A stretch of 62,951 bases of DNA, counting the filler, from Intoshia linei (taxonomy: Eukaryota; Animalia; Orthonectida): the NCBI GenBank assembly GCA_001642005.1. It is 9 parts of 9 records of this genome, joined end to end, with 100 filler letters (N's around TTAATTAATTAA, not from the genome) between each part and the next. Parts side by side here need not be neighbours in the genome. Positions count along the whole stretch, not along the records: positions 1 to 29,359 come from LWCA01000385.1; 8 more parts are not named here. One strand, 5' to 3'. Positions within the stretch are counted from its first letter, which is position 1, and each line of letters begins with the position of its first letter. Made by a program: the position numbers and the translations under genes. Positions 14,980-29,359 of the stretch are shown here, in pieces. A model generated the notes under the pieces. It saw only the letters and a list, made by a program, of their open reading frames with translations. It was not told the origin of the DNA and ran no database searches.

Positions 14980-15553
14980 AAAATATTTTGAAAATGAAAA
15001 TTTGAAATTTAAAAATTGCGTAGCAATGAAAAAAATTCCGAAGGAATGAATTATATAGATTTTCACCCATATTTCTTTATTGGAAATGTGTAGACGTTCA
15101 ATGCACATTTTTTTTAAAATGGTAGGATCAATATTTACATTTTCAATTTTTATTTTAATCGAAATATTTGAAAAATATTAGTTGATAATATATTAAAAAT
15201 TATTTTTCACCAGGATTGCATAGATTTCTGGGGTTGAAATTTTGTATTTATATCAACTGGAATAAGCTATATCAAAATAATCTTTTTTTTAATTTCGGAC
15301 AGTTAATTATTTCACATTTTTTGTTTTAATAAAATATTTCAAAAAAAAAATATATGAATACTAAAATATTTTTTTGGAATTTTTGGTTGAAATGGATTTT
15401 GTTAACACCTCCGGAAAAAACTGTAATTGAAATGTGGACTTTATAAAATTCTAAATTAATTTTATAATATAAGACTGGCAGTTATTTGAATAAAACTGTA
15501 CACACACACAAACACACAAACAAAAATCGTGTAGCATATTATACAAGTTAGGA
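14980..15553 (-). mobile_element. Helitron-like repeat family copy (internally deleted)
   Basis: Ends ...gtagcatattatacaagttaggaT (reverse complement of the 5' TC terminus). Internal sequence matches 25280-25560 and 58230-58919. Confidence 0.7.
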
Positions 15554-18124
15554 TTTACTTGTTAATTAATTGTTAATTTAAATTAATTTAATTTATATAA
15601 CATTTAATAACATAATCGGTAACAGAGAGACATAAAATTGTATTTGATGGAATAATATTTAAGTAGGGATGATGCGACAAATATAATGTAACATAAGACA
15701 GTGTTTCCAAATTTTTTTTCAGCTAACTCCCCTTATTAAAATGTATCAATTAAAAATATATTAAAAGGAGGTTCTCGAATAGTGTAGGTTCGAGTGTGCA
15801 TGCAAATTAAATTATAAACATTGAAACTCTTGTACTAAAAACGAAATTAAATTAATGTACGTGAATTTAAAATCGATATAGGGACAGTATGTAAATCTCC
15901 AATCAAGTCGAAAAAGGTTATCATTCATTGATTTACAATGTAAGTATCACTTTTAATAAGTAAATTTAAGACATTACGTTCATGAAAATATTTAAAATGG
16001 AAATAAACTAAGATTTTTTCATTTATCCTATTTTACACGTTTTGGATCACAATATGTGAGGCAGACGGTATGGGTGATTCATAATGCGTACTAATTATCA
16101 AATACAATTTTATATAATGTTTGAGATCACAAAAATCGTAAAGTTAGGTAAGTATCTATTAAATTTATACAACCATATGCATTATTAAATATGAGGATGA
16201 ATTAATGAAACTGGGCGAACTCAGGTCTCATATGTTCCACTGATTAATAAATTATTAAGTTATATTTGATTCGCATATGAAGAAAATATAAAATTAATCA
16301 ATTAATCGTTTAAAACAGTTTAAAAATATAATTTTATTATAGGATAATTTCATACATGATTAATTTAATAAAACGATTAATATATTAAATTAATATATCA
16401 AATAACATACAAAACATAATAAACATAATCTACTTTAATTTATATTGCGTATATGTATATCTAAATGTATAAATGACATGGAATGAATATAAAATATATA
16501 GATCCATATTAGTGAAAATTAGTTTATGTAATTAATTTTTATTTGTTTCTGAGCACTTCATTTGTTATTGTCATGTGTAATCTCTTGGGATTATATTCAA
16601 TTAACTAATATTAATTAATTGCAGTTAATTTACACTTACTGATTGACGATCCGTTACATTAATAACATTACTGTAATAAAATTTTGATGGCACGATCCAA
16701 AAAACAACTAATTATTTAATGCTACGTTGTAATTTTTAAATAATAATCTGGTTCAGTTTAAGATTTATTCTTTAAAAATATCAAAACGCTTAAAATAAAA
16801 AAGATTATTAATATATAAATTAGACATTCTAAAATACAAATTGTAGATATAAATGTATGTATGCCTGTCTGTAAACCTTTAAAAGAACTAAGATATCAAG
16901 AATTTTAGAAAACAAAAATATTATAGACTTTTTAAAATCAACAAAATTATCATAAATTTTAATTCAGAAATTTCACCTTCCGAGTCAAAAATGAATTTTA
17001 CTATTTTATCGCTAAACATTTCATTGAATTAAAACTTTTTAGTCTAACTTTACTGTCATTTTGGCTCATAAATTAAAGTGGCAATAAATTTTACGTATTA
17101 TTTATAATAAAAAATACGTACTATCAATTTTACTTTATTTGGTGGTAAATTAAAAGCCAACACTATTTATCTATGATGACGAACAAAAATTTTCGGCTTA
17201 AAATTTATTCCAAATAAACTAAAAGTGATAGTACACTGCAGTATAGCTATTTTTCTGGTAAATTTACATAAATTAAAAAATTTTGCTGTCTGTAATTAAC
17301 TTAAATTATAAAATGTTAATAAAATTACTAGATTAATTATTTTAATATCTAGAATCTAGATTTTCATACAATTTAACATTAAATTTAATTAATTATGAAC
17401 GAAATTGTTAAATTTTAATTTATACTAAAAATTTACAAATTCAGGCTTCAAACTCTTAAATAAAATCACATTTTTGATAACTAATTAAATTTTAATTTTA
17501 CAAAATTTTCAAGTCAATTTATTTTATTATTGAAAAATCTGTTTTAATGCTTTACTCACAATTACATGTAATGTATAATAAATTAAATGTATGTGTGTGT
17601 TACCGTTTAATTAAAAAATTAAGAATCCTAGAATTTCTCAAAAACCCCAATTTCTAATATAGATTTTCGATAGTGATATTTTATTACAAATTATGCCCTT
17701 CAGTATCAAAAACTCAATTTAATCTTTTTTTAATGATTAAAAAATTCACAGAATTCTATAAAACATAAATTCTGGAATAATTTTCAATATAATGAGTATC
17801 TTTATAAATCAATACCTTAAAAACTTGCGTTTCACGATCATAACCACGATTATCCTTATTTTAAAAATTAAAAAGTCATAGACTTTTAAAAAATAAATGC
17901 TAGAAAGTGTTTAAAATCATTAATAGTCTAAATGTAAACCTCAGAAACTTACGTCTTCATGGTCAAAACCACAAATCCCTTTTTTTTAGATAAAAAAGTC
18001 ATAGAATTTTATAAAACATACTTTTTATTATAAGTTTCAAAAGTATCAGTATGGTGATAAATCACAATCACAAAAACTTGCTGTTTCACGATCAAAACCA
18101 AATTATCTTATAAAAACTTCAAAG

Positions 18125-18997
18125 TTTTAATTAATAATTTTCAGTTAAAATTAATCCTTAATTCACTCATATAAATTAACACCATATTTTTAATTTATCT
18201 GAATCTGAATAAATAGCAATAGTATGATTAATGCAGTGCTTCTCATGGGGGTGACTGGTCACACCAAGGGGTAAATACGAAAATTTAGATAATTGTAGGC
18301 GAATCTACAATTTTCAACATATTTCATTAAATTATCCAATTTAATATAATATTATGAGAAAAAACCAAAATTTTACCAACCCTTAGAGAAGAAATGCCTT
18401 TTTACCAATATTTTTTTTAAAAATCCATTTTTACCAAAGTTTTAGAATAAAAACTACCCTATATGATTCTAAAAGAAAAAACCAAATTTTACCAATCCTT
18501 AACGAAAAAAATTCGCTTTTACCAATACTTTTATGAAGAATCCCATTTTACCAAATTTTTAGATCAATAATTCTTCTGACTAATTCCATAAGAAAAAACC
18601 TGATTTAAAAAAAATTTGAAAAATCTCCTTTTACTAATGTTTTTTTGAAAAAACATTAATCATTAATTTTTCCGTAAATAATTAATAATAATTGGACAAC
18701 AGAAAAAAGTTCCATTAAAAACCGATTTGTTGATACATTAGAGTGAAAGACAAAAATAATATGTAAATATTAATAATGACAAAAAAACATATCAGTGACT
18801 GCCTTGATTTTGTGTGTCCTTCGCTAACATTTGAGAAACTGGGGATCAGTCAAGAATGTAACTTTTTGATTAAAATATTTTAAATAGACCTTGGATAAAA
18901 TCTCATTTTATCTTTTCAATTTCATGTAAAATGATATATTGCATTATATCAGATTTCCCATGGCCGCATGCGTATGGCCGCACGTTGTGCACCCCTG
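18125..18997. mobile_element. Non-autonomous hAT element, copy 2 (left end missing)
   Basis: Closely similar direct repeat of ~4656-5439, ending gttgtgcacccctg|ctttagag. Confidence 0.7.
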
Positions 18998-21283
18998 CTT
19001 TAGAGACTAATAATAATAATAATAATAATAATATTGTACAAATAATATAACTAGGCATAAACTATTACATTAATTAAATCGTATTATCTTCTAGTGAACG
19101 TGCTAAAATTGATCTTTTTTTAAATTTAAGTGGACCTCAAATGTGTTAATTTCTTGGGTGTGTATTACAATTTTTAGTAATAATTAAAAATAAATGTAAT
19201 TACTAATTACATTACTCGTATTTAATAAATATAAATAAAGTCCTTGTTCATGATAAAATTGAAATTTTCAATGATTTCTGAAACTAAAATATAATGGTAA
19301 ACTATTACTAATGTATTTACATGTTAATTCATGTAAACGTTATAAATTAAATTATTTTAGAATTTTAATCAATATCTCACAGAAAAAGTTACTAGGTAAG
19401 AAATTATATTGTTATATACCGTGCACTTTTTTGTTCAGTTTAATATACATAATATAATTTGCATGTATAAACGAATATTGATATGATGTATGATATAATA
19501 TGAACCAATCTCAAATTTAAAATATCTTTGCCACGTTTTTTTATCTGATTTTTTAAATTTTTACAATTAAATAACTTGCACAATTCATTTTTGAAAAAAT
19601 TTTTTCAATAATTATTGAACACTAAAATACGAAGAGTCAAAAAAATTAAACCTTATCTAATACTGAATACATATATATGTATTAATGTATAATGTTTTTA
19701 TGAATGAAATATTGAATATTTTAGTATAATAATTTATTTTTTAACCTTTTTTTAAAAATTTATTAATGTTAATGTATTAATAATGCTTGTACATTAATCA
19801 CTATTTTAAACTTTGAACTATAGAATGTGCATTGTACATAATGAATATTTACTTTATTTAATTTTTTAGTATACATGGTTTGCAGTCTATAATATTTAGC
19901 GATTATTCTGGAACTGTCATGTATAAAGGTAAATGTATTGTACAACAAAAAGATATGACAAACGATTTTTCATCTTAGATTATCAGTGATGATTTATATT
20001 TATATAATGCAGTTCCCAATATCTTTATTTTATGGCTAAAATAATATATAATAAATAATTATTTATATATATATATTTATTATATTTTTTTATATTTTTT
20101 ACTCGTGCATTATTTATTGTAAAATGTACATTTTTATCCAAGATTAATTATCTAGTTTTTTTAATTTTATTTAGTCAGTAAAGTGGAAATTTGTAGATCA
20201 ATATACTTAAGCATAACCAATTTCATTGATTCTCTAATACCCTTATCAAAATGTTTGGCTGGAGATGCTTGCAATTCATTCATAATTTATTTAAACGATA
20301 TGCAAGTAAATATCCTTATTTAAATAAAGTAAAAGTTACTAAAAATGTGTCTGTATGTAACCGTTTATTGTGAAAAGTGACAGTCTCAGAAATGATAAAA
20401 ATACAAATCCAAGTCAGTTTTTCCTGACGCCGAAATTTAAATATATTTAAATTCTAGAAAAATCATACTCAAAAAAGAATTTGCTATTTACAATCCCCTT
20501 TAAAATCTTATTTTGTCAATATTTTTTTGAAAAAAACGATTTTACCAAATCTTGTTAGAAAAACGTCTTATTCCAACGCCAAAATAAAAATTCCAATATT
20601 CTTTTGAAAAAACGCTTTTACCAAATCTTATCAGAAAAAACCTTTAATTAGTCATAAATGTTTTATATTTCATGTTACTTTAAGATCCAAAAAAAATAAA
20701 TATTTTTAAATGGGAGTCTGTACATTATTTGAATCGAGAATCACTGCTCTAGAAAATAGACGTCCGTAGTAAGATGTGAAAAAAACAAAATTTAATATAA
20801 ATAACTTTGCAAATTCCTATTTTGAGAAGCAATTATAAAATTCATATTATAAAGTAATTTTATTTAGGTGGTACATTTACCTCTGGATAAATTTTTAATC
20901 ACATTAGTGGCATCAGAAGATGGAAATACTGGTATGTATATGTTATTTATTATAAATGGAATGAACTATAATGAATTTCATTATTATTAAAATGTACTGG
21001 TGATGAACGTGCGGTTTCAGGGTAATTTCTATAGATTTAAAGTTTGAAAAATGGTTAGAAAAAATATTAATTCGTTAATTTAACTTTATATAAGTATAAT
21101 TTATAAATTAGGTTACATGGTCAATTTTGTACGACATATGCCTACAGTGTACTTGGATTTACTGTTAGCTGCAAAAGACTCTTGTTATGTTTAAATTAGT
21201 CATAGAAATATACTTTAATTAAATGTACTATACTGTCATTTTATTTAGATGTATATTAAATTCAAAGTTTACTAGAATTATAA

Positions 21284-21922
21284 TTATTTTTCATCGGGAA
21301 TGCGTAGATTTCTCGGGTTGAAAATTTGTATTTATATCAACTGGAATAAGGTCTATCACAATAATCTCTTTTTTTAATTTTCGCACCGTTAATTATTTCA
21401 CATTTTTTGTTTTACAAAATATTTATGAAAAAAATATTAATACTAAAATGCTTTTTTAACCGTAAAGTCGTCACTTATTCGGATTGAAATTTTTTGTGTG
21501 TGTTAACAGGATACAACTGTACCTACCTGTAAATTTTTTGAAATTCTAGGGCTGTTTTCATAAAAAAAGAAGGGTAATGTTGTAAATTTATTTAAATTCT
21601 AGCGCTGTTTTCATAAAAAAAGGTAATTTGTGGTTTTGGTCCTGAATATATAATTTTTTTAAATTCTCCAACTCGTTCGATTTTCAAAAAGAAGGACAAT
21701 ACGGGTTTTTGACCAGTAAGATGTGAGTTTAGGAGGTTGAAATTTATCTTATTATATGTCCAGGAAAAAACTGTAATTGAAATGTGGACTTTATAAAATT
21801 CTAAGACTGGTAGTTATTTCAATAAACGATAACACAAACAAATATTGCATAGTATATTATAATATGCTATGATTATATAAGTACACAAACAAAAATTGCG
21901 TAGCATATTATATAAGTAAGGA
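21284..21922 (-). mobile_element. Helitron-like repeat family copy with duplicated 5' terminus
   Basis: Colinear with 58315-58919. The motif acacaaacaaa-attgc-tag-atattat occurs twice in tandem before ...taaggaT. Confidence 0.7.
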
Positions 21923-22659
21923 TAGTACAATATGTAGTATTAAAAGAAAAATTTAGAAGAGAATATAAAAATAGTAAATTTCTCAAAAATTTTTACAATA
22001 TTAGCGGTTTCACACTTTATCGTTTTATTTTAATTTTTTTAATAAAAGGTTTTGTTTATTTTATTCATTTTGCTTATTTTTTATGTTTAGAATCACTAGA
22101 AATTTATATAGAAAACATTTAAAAAATTATTTATCATGAAATTTTATACTAGAAGTTTTAGTTTAAAGCGTTATGATGTTTAGGTGTTTTCCAACCTTTT
22201 CTACATATTGTATCATATTAGTTAGTGTAATCATTAGTTAAAGAAATAAATTAATAAAGTAATTAAGACTTGTTAAGCATACCGACTGATATTTTGTAGA
22301 CTAAATGGCTTTGAATGGTTCAATCTAATTCAATGCACATAGTGAAAACGGAGCGTGTTTAGAATCACATGTCAGTTAGTAAAAGTTGATTTTTCCCTAA
22401 AGGATTGGTAAAACTGATTTTTTCCTTATAGAGTTGGTAAAACTGGATTTTAGAAAAGGACATAATTTTTAATGTATCATGAATACTTTACTTATATAAT
22501 GTTCATGTCTTACCGTGTTATTGAAAAATTTCAGTTATAAATTAAAAAATCCAATTTCTCTTTATTTAAAAAATAAAATAAGGCATAAAATTTGATTCAA
22601 ACATGATTTTAATGCATAGAAATAGAAATTAAGTTTAAAAAAATTAATAATTGAAATGT

Positions 22660-25600
22660 TTATTTAGGTCTTGGAAAAATAGTACCCAGAGAAATTATTA
22701 TTATTATAAGATAAATATAAAAAAAAAATCTGTCCAAAATAAGTGCAACAAGTCGCCACTCTAGCATAATCTTTTTTTGTTCATCTTTTTTATGAATTCT
22801 TGAAATAAAATGTCTTAGAGCATGTCTCATTTCCCTGACATCAGTTTCTATACATTGTCCGATGAAAGAATTTGTAAAACTTTTGTCTTTAAAATTTGTT
22901 GTATCAAATTCTTCGTTATTATAACCTTTTGAAGCGTGACCTTTATTATAATATCGCATTGGCTGAAGTACCCATTTGTTGTACTTTAAGGTTGGTGAGC
23001 TTTTCTCATTTTCATTGCCTTTTTCAATGATACTGGTTATTAATTGTTTCGTTTTCAACATTTTTAATGACAAGTTTTTTCGAGAGTGACGTTTTGCATT
23101 ATACATGCAAAATAATGTTCCCATGATCCTAACTACTATCTAAATTATATTTTTTATTCATATTTTTATCTTTAAATTGTAATATACATACATCACATAT
23201 ACATATACTGTATGTATTTAAAATAATTTAAAACTTTAATAAATAAATTTTTTAATATATTTTGACCAGAGTTGCAGCTGTGTCGCATTGAACTAAAAAC
23301 ATAATGATTTACCGATTAACCATGGAATGGTTCAGACTTAACCGTTCAGTATTGAACATAAAAGTTTTAATTTCTTAATTTAAAAAATTGTATTGATTAT
23401 TTCAGTGATATCAAAAAGAAATAACTAATTCTACCTATAAAATAATAATGATAATAAATAATTGTACAATAATATGTACATAAATTGTCTACACTACTAA
23501 ATTTCATTTAAAATGTAAAACTTATTATACATTTTGTATTAATGTATTTGAATTATTAAGTTATCGACACTGTTGATTAGATAAGTGTCTAATAAAGTAA
23601 TAAATACTACTTGTTACTTGTTATAATAATTGGTAATTTCTATTAAAGACTTAAATTAAGTAGAAACAAAATATTATTTTTACAATATCGTTATCCTAAT
23701 TCTAATCTTAAATGAGTAAATAAAATTTATCAAAATTTACATAATAAAATTATTCAATCGTACCCTAATTTAACAATTTAACTAACCTATAAGTCAAATA
23801 TTACAAATTCAATTGAATTTTAAAACGATAATTACAGATTTATATTAGAATGTCGATTTTTTAGATTTCATGACTTTTTAGTTTTTATTATTTAAAAAAG
23901 GGGTAATTTCAGTTTTTGGGATTTTGGGTTATGAATATACAAATTTGTAAGATTAAAATTGATGATCAATTGTGAGTCGTGTAAAACTGCCCTGAAATTT
24001 TTTTTTTAAATTATACGACTCTCAGTTTTCGAACTAATTTGTGACATACACAGTCACATATAGAAATTTTTAGCAACTTTTAATTTATACAAGTAATAAT
24101 TATTTTAATATTACCAGGTGGACCATTGGTGGAACTTTGTTATTTTTGTCTCCTCGAAAGTATAGATTGATTATAATTACAGTTAGAAAGGTGGATAATG
24201 TTATAAGGATCATATTTAGGCAGAAAAAAGCACCTAAAATTTAATATATATTTAATGTGGCTTTAATATAAAATATGTACATTCATGTATGTATATTCAA
24301 AATTAAAAACATTTAACGATATGTTTATTTTGTTGGGTGGTCATAATTCATGTTATAATGCATGGATTCTTAACCTGGGATATCGGAACCAATGATCAAA
24401 GTTGAATATGTTGTATCAATGCCCCCTTCGGAGGGTTTAGGAATTGAGTATAGGAATTTACAGTTTAGCGAATTTCGTATAGAGAAGGTTTGATTTTTCC
24501 AAATTGAGAATATAAAAAATTATATTCTTAACATAATATTATAATTCAATACTTCTCCACTTTTTTCATTAACCCTTATGATCAACTATAAAATTTCCGA
24601 CCCTCTTCCCAGTGGCGAATATACCGTACCGAGATCTCTGAGACCCCCAAGAGTCTCGTCGAAATTTTTGTAAAATGGGACCTCATTTTTCCAAATATAG
24701 AATGAAAAAAATTATATTCTTGAATAAGATAAGTCAGGGATGCCTAACCTTTTGCTCGCAAATGATTTTCTAGTCGATCGCCAAAATTAAAAAATCAGAA
24801 TTTTTTATTTTAATAATACTTGTTATTAAAATGATATATATTTTAATATTGTTAAAATTTGTACACATTTCAATAAATGCGATATAACTTGTTTAACGGT
24901 ATCTAATAAATAAATTAAAATATTATTTCTCAAACTAGGTTTTGCCTATAATTTTCAAATTAGAAATAGAATTATTCCAAATTTTAATTTTTATGTTTTC
25001 TACGTTCACACTAAAAATATTTAGTTAAACATTTTTTATGGGATTCCGCAAGGTGATTATTTTGAAATAGGCTCCGATCAGAAACATTTTTCTAGTCAAT
25101 GTATTAGTCGATTGCCACTCATCGATATCGTTAGGGCTATATATAACTACACAAACTACTGTATGTATAATTTGTGAAAAAAATTTAGGGGCTATTTTTG
25201 ATTTTCTTGGGGCCTCGAACTGGGTATGTTTAATTCTTTGCATTGCATTACATTTATTAACAATTTATTGAGAATGCTTATTCCAGTTAATATAAATACA
25301 AAATTTCAACCCCAGAAATCTACGCATTCATGATGAAAAATAATTTTTAATATTTCAAATTATTATAATAATTATCAACCAATATTTTTCCAATATTTCG
25401 ATTAAAATAAAAATTTAAAATGTAAATATTGATTCTACAATTTCAAAAAAAATGTGCATTGAACGTCTACACATTTCCAATTGAAATAAAAGTGAAAATC
25501 TATATAATTCATTCCTTCGCAATTTTTTAATCTTAAATTCTCATTTTCAAAACATTTTGTTTAAAATTTAAATTAAAACTACAACAACGATTACTAAAAG

Positions 25601-27916
25601 TAATACAACTTTTTTTATTATCATTTTTATATTTATTACAATACTTTGCAATATTGGTAAAATTCGACTGAAATATGTTTATAAAGTGAAGATTCCGTTA
25701 ATTATTGATACATAATTGATATTTTTAAGTATTTATTAAATTGGTACTGAATATATGTTATCACATTGAAAATGACAAAATAGATTTTTATAATTTTATT
25801 TTTTCTGGAATTTATGCTATTTTGACAAAATTTTTAAAAACTGTTTTTACATTATTTCTGTTATTATACAGTGTATAATATACATACATTCCGTCTAGTA
25901 AATTAAAAAAATTGGATAACAATTGTTTTTATAATTCTTTACGCAAATGTTAACAAACAAAAAATTAAGATGGAATAAAAGTCATTTTAAAGTAAAAATT
26001 AATATGATATGATGATTCCACCTGAAACAATTTTAAGAACCACTCCTTTAAACGATTGATAATAGTGAATAGTTGGATTTTTAAAAATGTGCCCTCGGCA
26101 GAGCCAGGTTCTGTTTGTACGTAGTACATAAAAGTAAAATAAATAATAACAATACAATAAACATAAAAGTCAACCTAGTAATACATAAAATTGATAAAAA
26201 TGTAAAAAATGCATCAATTCATATTGTATACTGTACAGATATAAATAAATATTTTAGATATTATTTAAATTATAACCTCTAGGCTATAAAAACTAAATTT
26301 AATCAATTTGGTAAAAATTGAACTAATTAGTATTATACTTTTAATATAAAATATACCTATAAGTGGAATTGATTTTGAGGCTGGAGGTGTACTGTCTGCT
26401 AGAATGCGCAAGAGTAAAAAGAATGCGACAAAAATGTTCATTCCTAGCATCATTTTAGCTGGTGATTCTGGTGGAAGCCAAAAAATTACCAATGTAAGAC
26501 TGGATAATAATACACAAGGCAATATAAGAACGTAGTTGTAGAATGCGGCAATTCTTTTAATTTTGATAAAAAAAGTCAAATCTGGGTATGCTTCAGGACA
26601 GCATGGATATGTTTTGTTATTTTTTATAGCTGGATGTTCCAAAAGGTGCCATTCGTTGCTTTTTACATAGTCATTTACATCAACTTCTTGTTTATCAAAG
26701 AAATTAATGTCTAATTTGTTTCCATCATATGTCCAGGATCTACGTATCAATTAAAAAATAAAAAGTTAATTTTATATAAATAAACTATTTACATGAAAGT
26801 GTGCGGAAATCTATAAAAATAGATGCTAGAATCTGGCTAGATCATCATAAATTGGATATTATTTACAAATATTATTTCTGTTCCATAAAATTATTAAACA
26901 TATCAGATTTTGATATTTTGATATTTTGTAGTACCATGCAGGGCCGTGGAGAATCAGGAGTAAGCCCGGGTCAGATGAAAATTGTAGGTTACCCATCAAT
27001 TTTTTTTTGCAAAATAAGATGTTTTATACATTGTTTAACACCAAGTATGATACCATTTGAAATTTGTTCGCATTTCTATATTTTCCAACTAATGCATATG
27101 ATATAAATATATTATGTAGGTATATAACACGCATAGTGTTAATCTATCTTTTATTGCCTTAAAAGTCAAAATAACAGTTGGAGATCGCATTGGGCATCAT
27201 AAAATTTCCCAAAAATACGAAATTTTCAAAAATTCTAATTAATAAATCCAGACCATGTGACCCTAGATTTCTCCACGCCTCTGCTAAGATGATTTAGTCA
27301 CTAAAGTGTGGTTACTACATTATGATTATATTAGCTTTATGTAAAGTGGTATCAAACTTATACTACAATAGGTTGCAATTCATTTTCTATATTTTTCGTT
27401 TTGTTAACCATTAGTTCAATTTATTAAAAATTCAACGAAATCATATCTTCAATGGTGATTCTGATAGACTTTTATTAATTAAAATATTTCGTCATTTAAA
27501 TTTATGCTAAAATCACGTAATTTGTCAAGTCAAGTTAAAAACACAATCTCACAATATTACAAATATATTTCGTTATTATTACCCAAATTTTAGATGACAC
27601 TGTTGAATGTCGAACGGAAATTGAGTAATGTCGATTGGGCATGTACTTTTATATATAGCTCTTGGTATCCATAGTACTGTCCCATCATTTTCTACCACTG
27701 ATAGAGCTTCTCTGTGTTCTTTTAAACGAGTATCTGCACTATTTAAAAATAATAATATATATAACATATACAATTCATTTGTATAAAATATATAAAGTTA
27801 TAGTACTAGTTGTAGAGAACAATATCAGGCGTCCAAATGTATTTTACTGGTATTCGTACTGTGGTTACACCACCAAAATCTTCTGGATGCCATTTTAATA
27901 GTTCGTCTTTCCATGT
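22660..27916 (-). CDS. Nicotinic acetylcholine receptor alpha-type subunit, predicted anion-selective; exons 27916-27807, 27738-27583, 26739-26357, 24233-24115, 23139-22660; N-terminal exons not in this contig
   Basis: All introns are GT-AG with consistent phases. Loop [13 protein letters not shown], Cys-loop [15 protein letters not shown], loop B SWTYDG, loop [12 protein letters not shown] (vicinal Cys), M1-M2 [23 protein letters not shown]3 [24 protein letters not shown]4 [14 protein letters not shown]. Confidence 0.95.
25275..26178 (+). mobile_element. Helitron-like repeat family, middle and 3' portion, inside an nAChR intron
   Basis: Ends gtgccctcggcagagccaggttctgtttgtacgtagtacata...gtcaacCTAG|T, with a GC hairpin and CTAG terminus. 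Confidence 0.7.
26939..27283. mobile_element. hAT-like MITE in an nAChR intron
   Basis: TIRs cagggccgtggaga / tctccacgcctctg. Related copies at ~32081-32318 and ~53040-53109. Confidence 0.55.
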
Positions 27917-28059
27917 CTAAATTTGTAAATACCATTTGATGTAATTATAATTATAAAATAATAATATTAATAAATTTAACAATGTAAAGAAGTAGATAAT
28001 AATTGCTCAAATTTTACTACAAAATAATATGATTGTCTAAGTCAAGTCATTGGTTAAGT

Positions 28060-28710
28060 CAGTGCTTTCCAACCGGTGTGTCGCCAAACTTTTTAAAATT
28101 TATTTAATTTATTTTTTAAAATTTTTGGTTCTAAATAGCATAAATATGATTTTCAAATGAAAATAAAATTTTCACATAACTAAAATAGCGTTATTTTTCA
28201 CTAAATTTGATTAAATTCATCACCAAAATGATTATTTTATAGTCAAAATCAATAAATAAAGCATCAAATATACCTTTTAATATAGTTCACGCACACTTTA
28301 AAATAATGAAAAAATAATTTAAATCTCGTTTATACAAATGTGATTTTATGTTATATATAAAGATATTAAAAGAATATGTTCATCCAAACAATCACAAATA
28401 TCTCATTAATTTTGTAATTTATTAGATATAAACATTTATATTATACAAGTATAATATACAGGTATTTGAAATGATCTCATTATTTTTGTATTTGTTCACA
28501 CTTCTTTCAATTTATACATTTTTTTTAATAACATTACATATATAATTATTTTTAATCTATAGTAGAGCAATAATTTTATATTTATTTTAAGATTATTATT
28601 AGAAAAAATTTCGTTTCAACGAAAAAATAGTATATTTTTAGATTGGTGTGTCGCAAAAAGTTTTCAGATTGAAATGTGTGTCACCGACCAAAATCAGTTG
28701 GAAAGCTCTG
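28060..28710. mobile_element. Buster/hAT non-autonomous element with perfect 8-bp TSD
   Basis: TIRs cagtgctttccaac / gttggaaagctctg and TSD GGTTAAGT on both sides. An internal trace IKRICSSKQSQISH* resembles Buster transposase C-termini. Confidence 0.88.
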
Positions 28711-29359
28711 GGTTAAGTCAAGTAAAATCAGTATAATTTTTCGTGGTACCAACGATCACTCAATAATCTAACAATTTTTCATGGGCCTCAGGGTTCATAT
28801 CAGACTTTTCAAAACGATACAAAGTTTATGTTCGTATTCATGTTCAAGTTAAACTTAGTTAAAGGCTCTACTGATTGTTAATTGATATTGTTCAACTTTT
28901 AAAGTGTGTACTTCCGATCATATTGAAGCAATTATAATTACTAAAGCTTTATAATTTTAGTTCAAATCGTGATTTGGGCCGTATTGCAGAACTATATTGC
29001 ATGTGTACCACTTTGAAGGTTAGTTAAAGTAAATTTATAACCTAAAATGCTGTCGCAAACGTTTCATACTTAGAAAAATGGTTTTTCATTTTCTCTACTC
29101 ATAGTGACGATTAAAAAAAGTGTTTCGAAATATTACTAGTCTAGATTTTGCTGATACAAACTATGATTTCTTAAATGTTTATAAATTTCAATGCAGTGGA
29201 ATGACAAAACAAAATTTAATGAACAGATAAAATTTATCGGAAATGTAGGTTTTCCGACATTTGATCTTATTAGGTCGTTTCATAAGTAATGTCGTTTTTT
29301 TAACCAAATTAAAAAGTTTATTTGATTACATTAAAAATAAAGTTATATTATAAAATATT

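Noticed and set aside
19008-19033. (TAA)n, (TA)n at ~8558-8577 and (atacaaata)n at ~29744-29774
   Set aside because: Ordinary short tandem repeats expected in AT-rich DNA.
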